From Takakia lepidozioides (Eukaryota; Plantae; Bryophyta): 64,000 nucleotides of DNA. This document shows positions 50,151 to 62,119 of this stretch, in pieces (position 1 is the stretch's first letter; each line of letters starts with the position of its first letter). The position numbers were made by a program, and so were the translations under genes. The notes below the pieces were generated by a model that had not been told where the DNA came from, searched no databases, and was given only the letters and a program-made list of their open reading frames with translations. The DNA is taken from the NCBI GenBank assembly GCA_030704615.1, contig CM060731.1, forward strand, positions 15,438,001 to 15,502,000. The letters are read 5' to 3'.

Positions 50151-50803
50151 CCCTTAAACGCCCAGTAGCCCGTTTCGGGCTTTGGGTTTACAAAAAATCT
50201 GAATAACTTTTTGCATTCTCCATGGAATTGTGTGAAAAAAAAATATAGTGTTCTTGGGCACCTGGCACACCAAGATTCATTGCCCGATTGCCTCGGATTT
50301 GCCAAGTTGCAAAGAGGTCTCATCACGCAAGCAGGGGGGGTCACGATTTGATAAAGGTAATTCTCGTTGTTTCATTATTCACACGTGTGTGAGAGAGGGA
50401 GAGAAACATGGGATTTTCCCAGGTTTGACCAAGTTGCAACATCGCATGCATTGGCCAAATTGGATACTTTTTGGCTTGTTGGATGAGGGACCTCAAGGGG
50501 ATGAAACCCTGCTATTTTCGCCTCAATCCCATTTGATCCCATCACTCAAATCTTTAAAAAATTACCAAAAATGGATATGTTTCTCAAAAGGGCCCCAATA
50601 ATGGGGCCCACATTCAACAGTGGCATTTTGTGGATCTGGGGCTGATTGGCCTCAAATTCGGCAGGTGGATGTAGGAGGAAGGTACGCACCTAATGTGCGG
50701 TCAAGTTCTTTAAACAATTAATTTTCTGAAAGTTACACCTTTTTTTCACTTAAGGGGTCATGTTTTCTGAAAAAGTCAAACTATGGCACTGGGCGTTTAA
50801 GGG
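50151..50803. mobile_element. 653-bp non-autonomous TIR element with piggyBac-type ends
   Basis: TTAA at 50147-50150 and 50804-50807. Perfect 16-bp TIR CCCTTAAACGCCCAGT. No transposase-like ORF inside. Confidence 0.8.
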
Positions 50804-51211
50804 TTAACATCGGTACCATTCAAGACATAAACATTCTGAGCTCTGTCGAATGTCATAGCCATTGAACTGATAATGGAATCTATGTCTATCCATTTACTAT
50901 CAGTAACATCATAAAGAAGTACGAAATCCCCCTTTATGAAGTCCCCAATTCAAATATACCATAGAATGAATGACATGTGTCTCCCGCCATGCCATTCTGA
51001 CACCTCTATCTGTAGTTCTATGAGGCATATATTCCTAACCTTATTTTTGCTTAAACGTGATATCCACAAAATAAAGGTACCCTATTTTATTTTTAAAAGT
51101 ATTGCAAATAAGGTTGAATTGTCAGCCATTGCACATAGATTCTTTAAAAATGTATTTAATTGGAGCATATATTCCTAACCCTGATATACAAAATAAAATA
51201 AAATAAATCCA

Positions 51212-54200
51212 ATTGGGTGGTAGCGGGTGACTTCAACATGGTGGACAATTTTAATGACAAGCTCACACACTCCTCCCACCTTCTCTCAGACGCAGAGCGT
51301 ATTGCTTGGGATTTCTCGGTGGGATTAGTTGACGTTTTGCTGACTCCACTACTGGTTTGAAATATACATGGTCTAATTTGAGACAACCCCCCAACTTGAG
51401 TATGGCTCGCTTGGACAAGGTGCTCCCACTCCGTGCTTTTCATGGTCATCGTGCACGCCTCAAGGTCCTATCCTCCCCGAATTTGACCATGTTGTTGTGG
51501 AGGTTTTGTTCAACCCTCCGGGGGCACATTCGAGGGGTAGGGGTCACTTCCAATTGAACCCATCTCTTCTGAAAAATGCAGATTGTGTACAGGCCCTCAA
51601 GCAAGAATAGGTGGCTGCTGGAAATGGCTTCACTTCCCCCACCATAGCTTTCCTACACAAGCTCATGGCCACAAGGAAAAAGGCTCAAGTTCTTTCTCGG
51701 GCTTGGCGATGGAAAAGACGAGGAAGCTCAAGGCTAGCTTGACCAAATGTCTCTCCCACTGCCAGGGCAGAATAGAGAATGGCATATCGGATGCCATCAC
51801 TATGGACTCCTATCTCACTGCCAAGCGTAATTTGGGCATCTTCCAAGCTGAATCTGAGAACTTCATGAGAGTACGTGCAGGGGTTAACTGGTCTTTGAAA
51901 GGAGAGAAAATGAGTGCCTACTTCTTTCAAAAGGCAAAGCAAAGGCGCGAGGCGACTCTCATCAACTTCATCTTAGATTCTAATGGTCGTTCGATTGTTA
52001 AATGGAAAGAAATGGCTTCAGAGGCTGCCAAGTACTTCGTTGCACTTTTCTCTAGACAGTTTGATTCTCCCTCTGAATTGCAATCTAGGATGGAGGTTCT
52101 GGAGTCATTCCCCCCTTTGCTGTATACCGCAGAATAGGAATTGCTCTCTAAGCCCTTTTCTTCCAGGGAGCTGCTTGAGGCCATGGAATCTCTGGCAAGC
52201 TCGAAGACACCTGGTCTGGACATGCTGCCAGTAGAGTTTTTCATAAGCCTTTGGGGCTGCATTGAGGACGACTTTCTTGCAATGGTGAATGATATCCTTA
52301 TGAATGGCATTATGGAGTAATCACCCTATCCTTAGGGAGTAATCACCCTCACGGGCGGGCCCGTGATAATCTTTCTAACTATAGGCCTATTACGTTTTTG
52401 AATTCTACTTACAAAATTTTGGCAAAGGCCCTTGCTCTTAGGCTACAACCCTTACTCCCCAAGCTTATCAGGCCTGAGCAAACTGGGTTTTTAAGAAACA
52501 TGATGATCCTAGATAATATTCTTCTTTCTAATGAAGCCCTACATGCTGCTCAGATGGCGGAACAGCCTCTGGCTTTGCTGATGCTTGATTTCCAGAAAGC
52601 ATTTGACAACATAAACTGGGACTACCTTGTTGGTGCGCTGAAGGCTTCGGGTATCACAGGCTATTTTTTTTGTCTTGGATTGGTATCCTCCTTTCCTCAG
52701 CCTCTAGCAAAGTTTTGGTCAATAGGGCCTTATCTAACTCTTTTCCTCTTTTCAAATCTGTAAGGCAGGGGTGTCCCCTTGCCCCCTTTCTTTTTGTAAT
52801 TGCTTCTGATGGCTTGGGCCATCTTATAATGGATAAAAGAAACGATTATGTGGGCCTATCTATTCCTCACTCCCCGTCTTTGGATCCTTCGGAATCTATA
52901 AGGTCCTCCTTATATGCGGATGATACAACCCTGTACATTGACAATAGCTCCTTCTCCAATGTCACCTCCATGATTAATTCCCTAGGTTGCTTATGTGAAG
53001 CATCGGGTCTTAAAATTAGCTGGCAGAAGTCCAGTGGCCTGCTCAGTCTTCGGCCTCCTGGCTCTAATGCTGCTCACTGTCCCTCGTGGGGCACTGACTT
53101 GGGTTTAAGATGGCTAGAGGAGGGCCAGGCTCATGAATGTTTGGGGCACCAAATTGGTCTTGGGCTCTCTAACGAAAGTCGTTTTGCTGCAGTTCTCTCT
53201 AATCCGAGGAGGAAATTCTCCTACTGGAGCTCTTTACATCTTACCGTGGTTGGGAGGGCACTTGTGGCTAATCAGATCCTCCTTGCATCCTCCTGGTTCA
53301 CAACAACAGTTTGGTCGCCGGGGAGCTCTATCATTGGTCCATAATTTCATTTGGGGAGCGTCGAATGCCTCTACTAATAAGAGGGCTCTTGTCTGCTGGG
53401 ATCAAATTTGTCAAAAGAAAAAGTCTGGATGTCTTGGTGTTCTAGACCCTCAGTCGCAGGTCACAGCGCTTCTTGCTAAATGGGTTCCTCAGGTCTTTAC
53501 CCACCTTTCAAGCCCCTGGAGCAGGCTTGTGAGGCATCACCTTGCTGCAACTACCCCTAGCAACAGCCCTTTGTGGCCCCCTTCGTTGAAATGGACTGTC
53601 CAAGGAGGGAAGAACAACATGAAGCCTGGTGTGGGTTCCAAGGCTTGGCAAACAATTTAGGCTTTCGTGGTGTAAGCTTCGTGGGTTCCTTTTCCAAAAA
53701 AACCTTCTTCTTTTGCCGAGGTCTTAAGATAGCCGCTCTTTGGAAATTATAATCGAAATGATGAAGACCTGGTTCGCTGCTCCAAGAGTCGATGGTCTCA
53801 TTGGGAAGCTACAAGTCTGTCTCATCTCGTGCACTTCTATGACTTCTCCTCTGGTACGTTGATCTCCAAACAAACTGCAGCCTCTGAGCTCTCTACCAAG
53901 AGAGTGGATAAGGGACGGGACTGAGTTATCGGAAGTATCCCTCCTTGGTGGACTGATCTGTTGTCATCTAGGCACAATGTTGTTTTCCCAAGGTGGATTG
54001 TAGAGTTGAGCTTAAGGCAATTTATGCTATCTCTATTACTAGTGAGCACAATGAGGACATCAGCTTCACGGTGCAAGAGAACGGAATCCTTACTCACCCT
54101 ATTTCTGCCCAAGTTCGAAATCGCTCTGATTATTATGACATTAGGGTTCTTTGCTACTCTAATTCGGGTAAATCTAATCCCAACCCTCCCCCTGATCTTC

Positions 54201-55670
54201 AACATTACAACAATTCATTCTAGTGGTTCCTTGCTGCCCCTATGAGGTTGCTTCAGTTTGATCCGGGAGAATGGTTTTGGATGAATAAAAAGTACGATCA
54301 CTTCTTTCAGTACTCCGTGAAGCTTGGCTACTCGTTGTTAATGCCCAAACAAACCTTTGAAAGGAAGTGGAATAAGAAGTGGGCTCACTGAGTTCCTAAT
54401 GCAATCTCTTGGAAGCTAGTGTGGGCAGACATTTGGAAAAAGCACAGGTGATCTGCTAAAGTATCGGCTTTCCTTTGGAGGGTATCAAATAGAATCATCC
54501 CTGTTGGCGATTACTTTTCAGATCCCCCTTTGTTGTGTGCTTCTTGTGGCACGATGTCCAGTGAGAGCGCCAAACACTGCCTTAGTCTTTTGTCCATTTG
54601 CTGCTGCAGTATGGACTCGTGTCTTTTCCCTTCACAGTCTTTGGGACAAAGACCTTCTTTACTCTTCTGCTGCTCTTCTTCTTAACATCAAGGATGGGGG
54701 AGTGTTTTGTTCCTGCCCAGTGTGGGAGTCTCTTAGGGGTATTAGCCTTTGGTACATTTGGAAATCCCGTTGCTCTCTTCTTTTCAAAACTCCATGCCCT
54801 GCTTGCAAAAGGTCTTGCTCTTAGCTTACGTCTAAGACATGATGTCTGAGGCTCGTAAGGCTTGGTGTTCTCTTGTTTCAGCAATTTCCAGCTGTGGAGA
54901 CAGAAGACGGGCCCAACTTATTGCAGCCTTCGACAACTCTTGGGGCAAAGATGGTGTCTTTTGTAGGAGAATCTCAAACTCCAAAATTTCGTGGAATGAA
55001 GACGTCCCAGCTCGCTGTTGGCAGCTCAATCAGTACTAGGCCTTCGCCGTCGGGGGATGTGGAAGAAAAGGAGGTTAATTGGAGGCATAAAAGAAGCCAG
55101 AGAAAAGGCAAATCTAAGGCCCACATTTCCTTTGATTCTCCAAAGAGGAAAATGGGAGCATGTAACCATCCCTATAGTGCTTTACTGCTATGGTTCTTAA
55201 GTCTAGTAGGGCTTCAGTTCTAAAGTTCATCAAAGCTACAGCTCCTTTATGCCTTTGGGCTCCTACCTCTTCAGGTTTGGCCTGTGGTTGTTAGCTAGTT
55301 GTTCCATTGTTTTCTGCAATGTTTCTACAGATCTGCCCTCTTCATGAGGTGCCACGGCCCAAGCATATAGGCTAGCACTAGTTGTGGTGCTGTTTTGGCT
55401 CTTGGCTGGTATGGTTAATCCTGCCCTCTGCTTCCCTTGGATCCCCCCGTGCTGGGGATCCATGGCCCTTCCCTTTTGCTTCTGGTTATCTCTTCTATAA
55501 TGCTTCTCTGGTTCTTAGAAGATGGCTCATTCTAGCTTTAGCTTCCTTTAGTTCCCCATTATATGGACTCATGGCTCGGAGTGGTATCTCATTCCTCCGC
55601 CTTATGGCTTTGTAAGGTTATTTTTTCTTTACCAGTTATTAATAAAGTTCACAGGGCTACAATCCCCCTA
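51212..55670 (+). mobile_element. 5'-truncated L1/Tx1-like LINE ORF2 relic (APE end, RT, C-terminal region, 3' UTR)
   Basis: WVVAGDFNMV (APE), KTPGLD, YRPITFLNSTYKILAKAL, LDFQKAFD, SVRQGCPLAPFLF, YADD (52913-52924) and a C-terminal CAS..ESAKHCLSLC-type region. Multiple stops and frameshifts. Confidence 0.92.
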
Positions 55671-56811
55671 TTCCTATTTTTCTTCTTCTTAAAGTACCCT
55701 ATATTATTTTTTAAAATATTTCAAATAAGGTCGAATTGGCAGCCATTGCACACAAATTTCTCTTTAAAAAACACATAAAGTCTTCTCCTCACATACGTCT
55801 TCCATTATGAGGATAAAAAATGTCAATGAGAGCAAATAGGAGGAAAATACAACGTAAAGTTATAGGAGGAAATACAATTCATTGTCTTGTCTCCTTGGGA
55901 AAAGCATACCAGACTGCAATGGTCGGTAGACGTACTCACGCATGCATAAAACAATTCATCCTGAGACTTCATTCATTTATAGATATGGATGAAATATTCC
56001 CATTATACTTGTCTTGATCTAATTCGAAACTTACTCGCAAGTATCGGTGCCAAGCACCAAAACCCATTCCTTAGTCCTGCCTAACAAACAAGCCGCAAAC
56101 GTTGTCCATTGAAGTAACAATTTTTGACAAGCTGCCACGTGGTTTATACTTAAGAGCAATTTTAGACCAATCATACTCCTAACACGGTGTAAGGTCCGTT
56201 GACCATATTTTCTCCACTGACTTCAACATGATGCAAAGACTGTGCCCTGAAGGGACAGAGCCAACAAATAACCTTTCTTAATACTATGTTGAATAGCTGA
56301 TATGTGTATAGTATAGTAAGAGATTTTTTAATTAGTTGATAATTCAGGTTCCAAATTTTTATTTTCTAAGGGGGCTCTGCTTGCAAAGCCCACCAAAGGG
56401 AGTTGGAAGAAACTAAATAAATTGCTATACCCCTTACGCTCCTTATATAGTCTCTGCAGGCGGGGTGCGGTGGAGCCTTCTAGAACGTCCTCATCGCCTC
56501 CCGTTTCTGGAACTCTCTAGAAGTAGAAGGAGGGCCCACCTCCTACTTCTATGCTGGCCTAGGCGTACAGGTGGGCCCATCCCATGCAGTGATAAAAAAA
56601 AGCCGTCGCATGCACTTCTCCGGGAGCCCATTGACCACTCCAACCACCTTAGAGTGCATGTGTCTACCTCCCATCGACCCACATCCTTCCTTTCCAAGCC
56701 TCCCGCGGCCCCACTCTATTCACTCTTCCCAGAGTGTCGGGTTGCCTGACCTTCCCACCAAATGAGTTGGGGTACATCATAATGATTGCTTTATATATAT
56801 ATATATATATA

Positions 56812-58112
56812 TCTACCGTATATCAATATATGAAGTGAGACGTTTGTTTTGTTTTGTTTTACAGTGTCGATGAGATCTCCCAAACCGCGGGCCCAGTGCG
56901 GGTGCTTGGTGCAGTTGGAAAGCCCTCGAGGAGGAGGGGTGCACCGGCTTGGTCTCGTGATTTTTAGACCAGCGGTGAGGGAGATGAGGAATTCCAAGTA
57001 CTTTTGGTCGCTGGAAATTCACAAAAAATAGCAAAAATGGAAAAGTGGGCATTCCTGGGACAATGGTTGGAGCCTCGACGGGAGAGATATCAAGGGAAAT
57101 GTCTCCGGTTCAAATCTGGTCGTAGGCTCTGTGGAAAAAAACTTTACTTAGATGACATTGGATACTTGGGCCAACGCTACCCTAGTGGGTTGCATTTGGG
57201 CCTGGACATAGGAAACCACTTTGATACATAGGGGATTGCACTTGGACTTAGATGACATTGGACACTTGGGCCAACGGCACTGGCTACCCTAGTTAATATA
57301 TGAAGCGAGATGTTTGTTTTGTTTTGTTTTGTAGCGTCCTTAAGATCTCTCAAACCGCGGCCCCAGGTGCTTGGTGCCGTTGGAAAGCCCTCGACGAGGA
57401 GGGGTGTACGGGCTTGGTCTCACGTCTTTTGGACGTGCGGTGTGGGAGATGTGGAATTTCAAGTACTTTGGGTCACCGGAAATTCACGAAAAATTGCAAA
57501 GTGGGCATTCCAAGGGCAATGGTTGGAGCCTCGATGGGAGAGATATTAAGGGAAAGGTCTCCGGTTCAAATCTGGTTGTAGGCTATGTGGAAAAAAAATG
57601 CATTGGGACTTAGATGACATTGGACAATTGGGCCAATGTAGCCTAGAGAGGGGAGACATATCAATAATGACTGGAAATTACTACTCAATAAATTCATGAA
57701 AAAAAAAATGGGACCTTGACATAGGAGACATACTTGGATACATAGGAGATTGCACACTGGGCTTAGATGGGCCTCGACATAGGAGACGCACATGGGAGAC
57801 GCGCTTAGATACATAGGAGATGCACTTGGATACATAGGATATTGCACTTGGGCTTAGATGACAGTGGACACTTGGGCCTCTACATGGGAGATGCACTTGG
57901 ATACATAGAAGATTGCGCTTGGGCTTAGATGGGCCTCGACATAGGAGACGCATAGGGATACATAGGAAACTACACTTGGTCTTAGATTCTAATCTTTCAC
58001 ACATGGGCCAACGGCAGAGGCTACCCTAGAGGTCGTATTTGGGCCTGGACATGGGAGGCGTACTTGGATACATAGGAGATTACACTTGGGCCAACGGCAC
58101 AGGCTACCCTAG
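56812..58112 (+). mobile_element. Tandem non-autonomous Helitron-like elements with an internal minisatellite
   Basis: Begins a|TC after (TA)n. Two related units of about 480 bp (56812-57292 and from 57293). 3' ends cttgggccaacggcacaggctacc-CTAG|t (hairpin then CTAG) at 57289-57292 and 58109-58112. Repeats of cttggatacataggaga.tgcacttggg at about 57720-58090. Confidence 0.65.
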
Positions 58113-58616
58113 TATATATGACACCAACATAAATAAGAGCCTCTTCCTTTGAGGTAAACCCCCCAAGAATAACCGGTGGGCTCTAATTTCCTGTTGAGGC
58201 GATCTCCCAAGAACAAAAAGGTGCAACAGACAACATACATCCATGTTCAAAGAATGGGTCGTTGGGAAGGATTGACAAAGCTGTGCATGGATGACAAACA
58301 AGAACTCTGTAGCGTTGAGAGTAAGTTAGGCTAGTTCATGGTCTTCTTGGAATTGGGAAAGAATGACAAGGATGTTGTTGCTTTTAGCAAACAGAACAAG
58401 TAACCGTCAGACAAACGGTAACCAGTGTCGCCCATTTCTGTTAAGCACAACCCAGCAGACGTGGGGCATGTCGAGGGAAGAGAGATGTTCTTGTTGGAGC
58501 AGTCGGGGATGGAGGTAGTCGACACACACGCACGCAGAGGTGCCCTTCGTTCTGTTCCAGATTGACCTCCCTGTGATTGCTTGGTGAGCTATCCAAGAAT
58601 TAAGTGGAAGGGAGCA

Positions 58617-61600
58617 ATGGAAAATGCTGAACTGCCAGTCTCCACAGCAGATGTGTCGCCACAAGGCGGATCTGAGCTCATAGTGCTGGGGTCAGGTTCA
58701 TCCACAGGAGTGCCCAGCCCTATCTGCTTGCTCTGTCCCACAGACCCTCCCTGTTATGTCTGTCACAGTGCTATAAAGGCCCCACCAGAATCCAACCGGA
58801 ACTACAGGTACTTGTCCTAGTCCCCCCTCCCTCTCTCTTTCCAAGGATGCATTTTTTATTCAAATGAGTTAAGCATGATTACGGTCTTGGACGCTTTTAG
58901 AACCCGTAATTGGAACGTTATCTCTCGCGTGTCGTTGCAGGGTCAAGGCAATAGGCTCACAGCTTCTTTGTGAGTCCCACTCCTGATTCTCCTCCCTCCT
59001 TCGCAAGGAGTGGTGAATCACAAAGCCTCTTCCTTGATGGACGGTTTGTATTAAGAGTTTGGCAGTTTTTAAAGCTGAAGGGCGACCTATTATCAAGATT
59101 TGCACAATGTAAAATGTTGAAAATGTTGGCACCCTACCCCCCGTATTCGGGCAGTGCTGTCCATACAGACTTTTGTCTCTCCTGAGTCAGGCATTGCCTT
59201 TGAAAATGAACCATGACGCGGCTGTCGTGAAAATGACAGGCATACATGGATGGTGGGCTTGCTAGTTCCAGTGTCACTAGCTCACTGGAGAGGAAGGGGG
59301 GCGTGGTTACTGCTGATAAGAGATTGCCAGGAGAGAACCGATCAGCGAAGTAGGCAGTGGTGAATGTACCTCTAGCAAGTAAGAGCACAGTTATTACAGG
59401 TTGCAGTTGAATGCAGTGAATGTTGCAACTCAGCAGAGACTAAGGCCACAGTCGGCAAAGCTTGAATTCAAATATCTCCAACATATAAATAGGAACAAAT
59501 ACATGTGAGTGAAAGAGGGGTTGGGATGCGGGGGGTGAAAGGTGCAATCCATCACTGTTGATCAACTACATGCACGATGATGGACAGCGGCGGTACATTC
59601 AAATTGATGCTGGAAAGAACTTCAAGGAGCAAGTGTTGCGTTGGTTTGTGCCTTCTAAAATTCCCAGGCTAGATGCTGTGAGTGTGTTAAGAGGTGCCAC
59701 CCTCTTCATGCGCTCGCTTTATCAGTTCCCCTTGTAACTTGTACTAGTTCTACATCTTTGTTGGCCAGTCGAGCATCTGTGCAGCGCTGAAAGCCAACCT
59801 CAGTTCACTTTTGCAGACCAGTTACCTGTTATGATTGGTTGAATGACTGTATGGATGCAGCTGATATTGACGCATGAGCATGCCGATGCAATTTTAGGGC
59901 TGGATGAAATCCGAGGTGTGCAACCCTACAATTCTGACAATCGCATTCCACCCATGCCTGTCTTCCTTTCGCAGCACACAATGGACAGGTATGCTTCATC
60001 AGTTGTTTCTGTCATCCTGGAGGTGATTTTCTGTTTTAAATTACAACAATAAATCTACTGAGAAGGCCAGAGGGTGTGCTGGTGCATCATATTGATTCCA
60101 ATTAATAACTAGGTACTGAAATATCAAGTAGTAAGCCCGTGTTCAACCATTCCAACAACCTGCTGATCAACAGCCAACAATTATGCATGTCATCCTGATA
60201 TTGTTTTGTCATTCATAAACTCTCTACAGACAAATTTTTCATTTGTGACCCTAGCACCCTTGTGATCAATGAGGTCAAAACCCTCAAATCATTGCTCAAC
60301 AATCTGAAGTCCAACGATAAGAAGTTTTACAAGGGGTCATTAACAAGCTTGTAGAAGTCCTTTCTGTCGTAATCAGTTTCTCAATAGATTGAAAGATGAA
60401 AGTAGGGTGTTGATAACTAAGTCAAGTGAGCAGTCCCAAAGCAATTCCAGTACTCGTGGATTGGATTGATACACGGCCGATTTAAACCGAACTAAGTGTT
60501 CTAGCGTGTATATTTGCAACAAAACAATGAATACCATCAGAGCATGAAAAACACAGGACAGATGGATACATCTCGAACAAACATAACAGAGTGAGTTTAC
60601 CGTAGTGCTACCTGTGATAATCTTCTGACTGGCTTCTGTGTTGCGGATCTGCACAGTGTCACAAACAAGTTTCCATACTTGGTCGAGAAGGAGCTGCGGA
60701 AAGGCCAAGAAATCCGCCGTGTTGCACAGCTTGACTGGCATGTGATCGAGAGCTCTTGCAATGCTCCTTTTGAGGCAGCTGGCCTGACCTTCGTTCCCTT
60801 GCCTGTTTGTACCCTCCTTTCTTCCCTCACTCCAAGCTCATCCGATCTAGTGATAACTGGATGCAACAACTCAATCATCGTGGCGTACTTGATAGCCCCC
60901 ATGGTTGTTGTGTGTTTCTTTTGGTAACTGGTATTTGATTAATGCTTGGTTGAGCTTCCTGATTTGTCATTGGTCACAAATTTAGGCAGGATCTATGTCA
61001 CCTTGTCCAATAGATGACGACAAACTACCTGTTGAATACTGAAGAAAAACCAAATTTTTTATCATTTGTTCATTACATTATTAGTGACTTCTCATTCAAT
61101 TTGTGTCTGTTTGTTCATTAGAACATCTTTAGGGATCGGCGACCAGGAATGGGTCTAAAATACTAAAAGACAAAATGCAGGATGGTGGTGTCTATACCCA
61201 ATATTGTTGATGTTTGCTTCTGCTTCATTCTACAGTGCCCTGTGGTGAAGCTATACCTAATGTGCTGAGGCATGAGCAGGCACAGAAGCTGGACTGTCTG
61301 TCATATCATGATTTCAGTGACATTGTTGTAAATGAAGCAGGCTTCCCAGGAAAGGTCCAAAAGGGAGGGAGTAGGAGAGTAAACAGATAACATGTATGAC
61401 AAAGAGAGCCAAGCATTAGTGGAAACTCTGTCCTCTATTGGATAACTTTGGAAGTACGTGCATGAGGATGTGCAGGTATGGCATGGAGAAGACTATCTGT
61501 CACTTGGCTTTTTGTTTGGACGCAAGTTCAGAGTTGCCTATGTATCTGATGTCTCCCGATTCCCTGCCGACACTGAGTATGGTGTGCCCCACCCTCTTTG

Positions 61601-62055
61601 TATTTTTGTTCCTTCTCTCATGTTTTGGTAAACACTTATTCTATACCTCACTTGTAGGGTGTTGATGGGTTGGGAGGTAAACTGCATTTTGCAGAAATTT
61701 CCAGTGAAGGAGCAGGCCAAGTGGATGTTCTTATTCTGGATTCACTAAACAAGGTTGTGGTTCTTATCCTGCCATTCCCACTTTCCATCAGTGGCAATAT
61801 GTGTCTTGTGTATGTGACTTCTATGTATCTCTGTATGGTCGCTGACTATCAGGTGTTAAACAACTTGCCTGGTGTGGGTGTATAAGAAAACTGACAGAAT
61901 TTTGGGACAAAATGTAGGGAGGATTTTTGAGATTAGACCTTGCCATCACCTGCTTGGCCAAATGCAATGACAAACAGAAGACTAATTCAGGAGTGGGTTA
62001 TGGGTGTACTTCCTTTCAGACTGGTCCCCACAACACACACCTCTGTTTGCCACAG
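58617..62055 (+). CDS. Metallo-beta-lactamase-fold hydrolase (PhnP-like); 3' exons lie beyond the window
   Basis: Exons 58617-58807 (LIVLGSGSSTGVP), 59542-59677 (CNPSLLI..IQIDAGKNF), 59861-59988 (LILTHEHADAILGLDEIR), 60657-60804 (RRVAQLDW), 61476-61581 (VWHGEDY..AYVSDVS), 61695-61753 and 62020-62055 (HNTHLCL). The next intron holds a LINE. Confidence 0.88.
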
Positions 62056-62119
62056 GTATTACGCACTTTTGTCTTGTTTTGTACATGTCCTTGTCCTAGC
62101 TATCTGTGGAGGTCACAGA

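Noticed and set aside
57720-58090. Regularly spaced cttggatacataggaga repeats resembling a CRISPR array
   Set aside because: The spacers are themselves repetitive, the context is eukaryotic and there are no cas genes. It is better explained as a minisatellite in a Helitron-like element.
59870-59890. THEHADA instead of the canonical HxHxDH metal motif, suggesting a dead enzyme
   Set aside because: To my knowledge this variant is usual in the plant PhnP-like subfamily, so it is not locus-specific.
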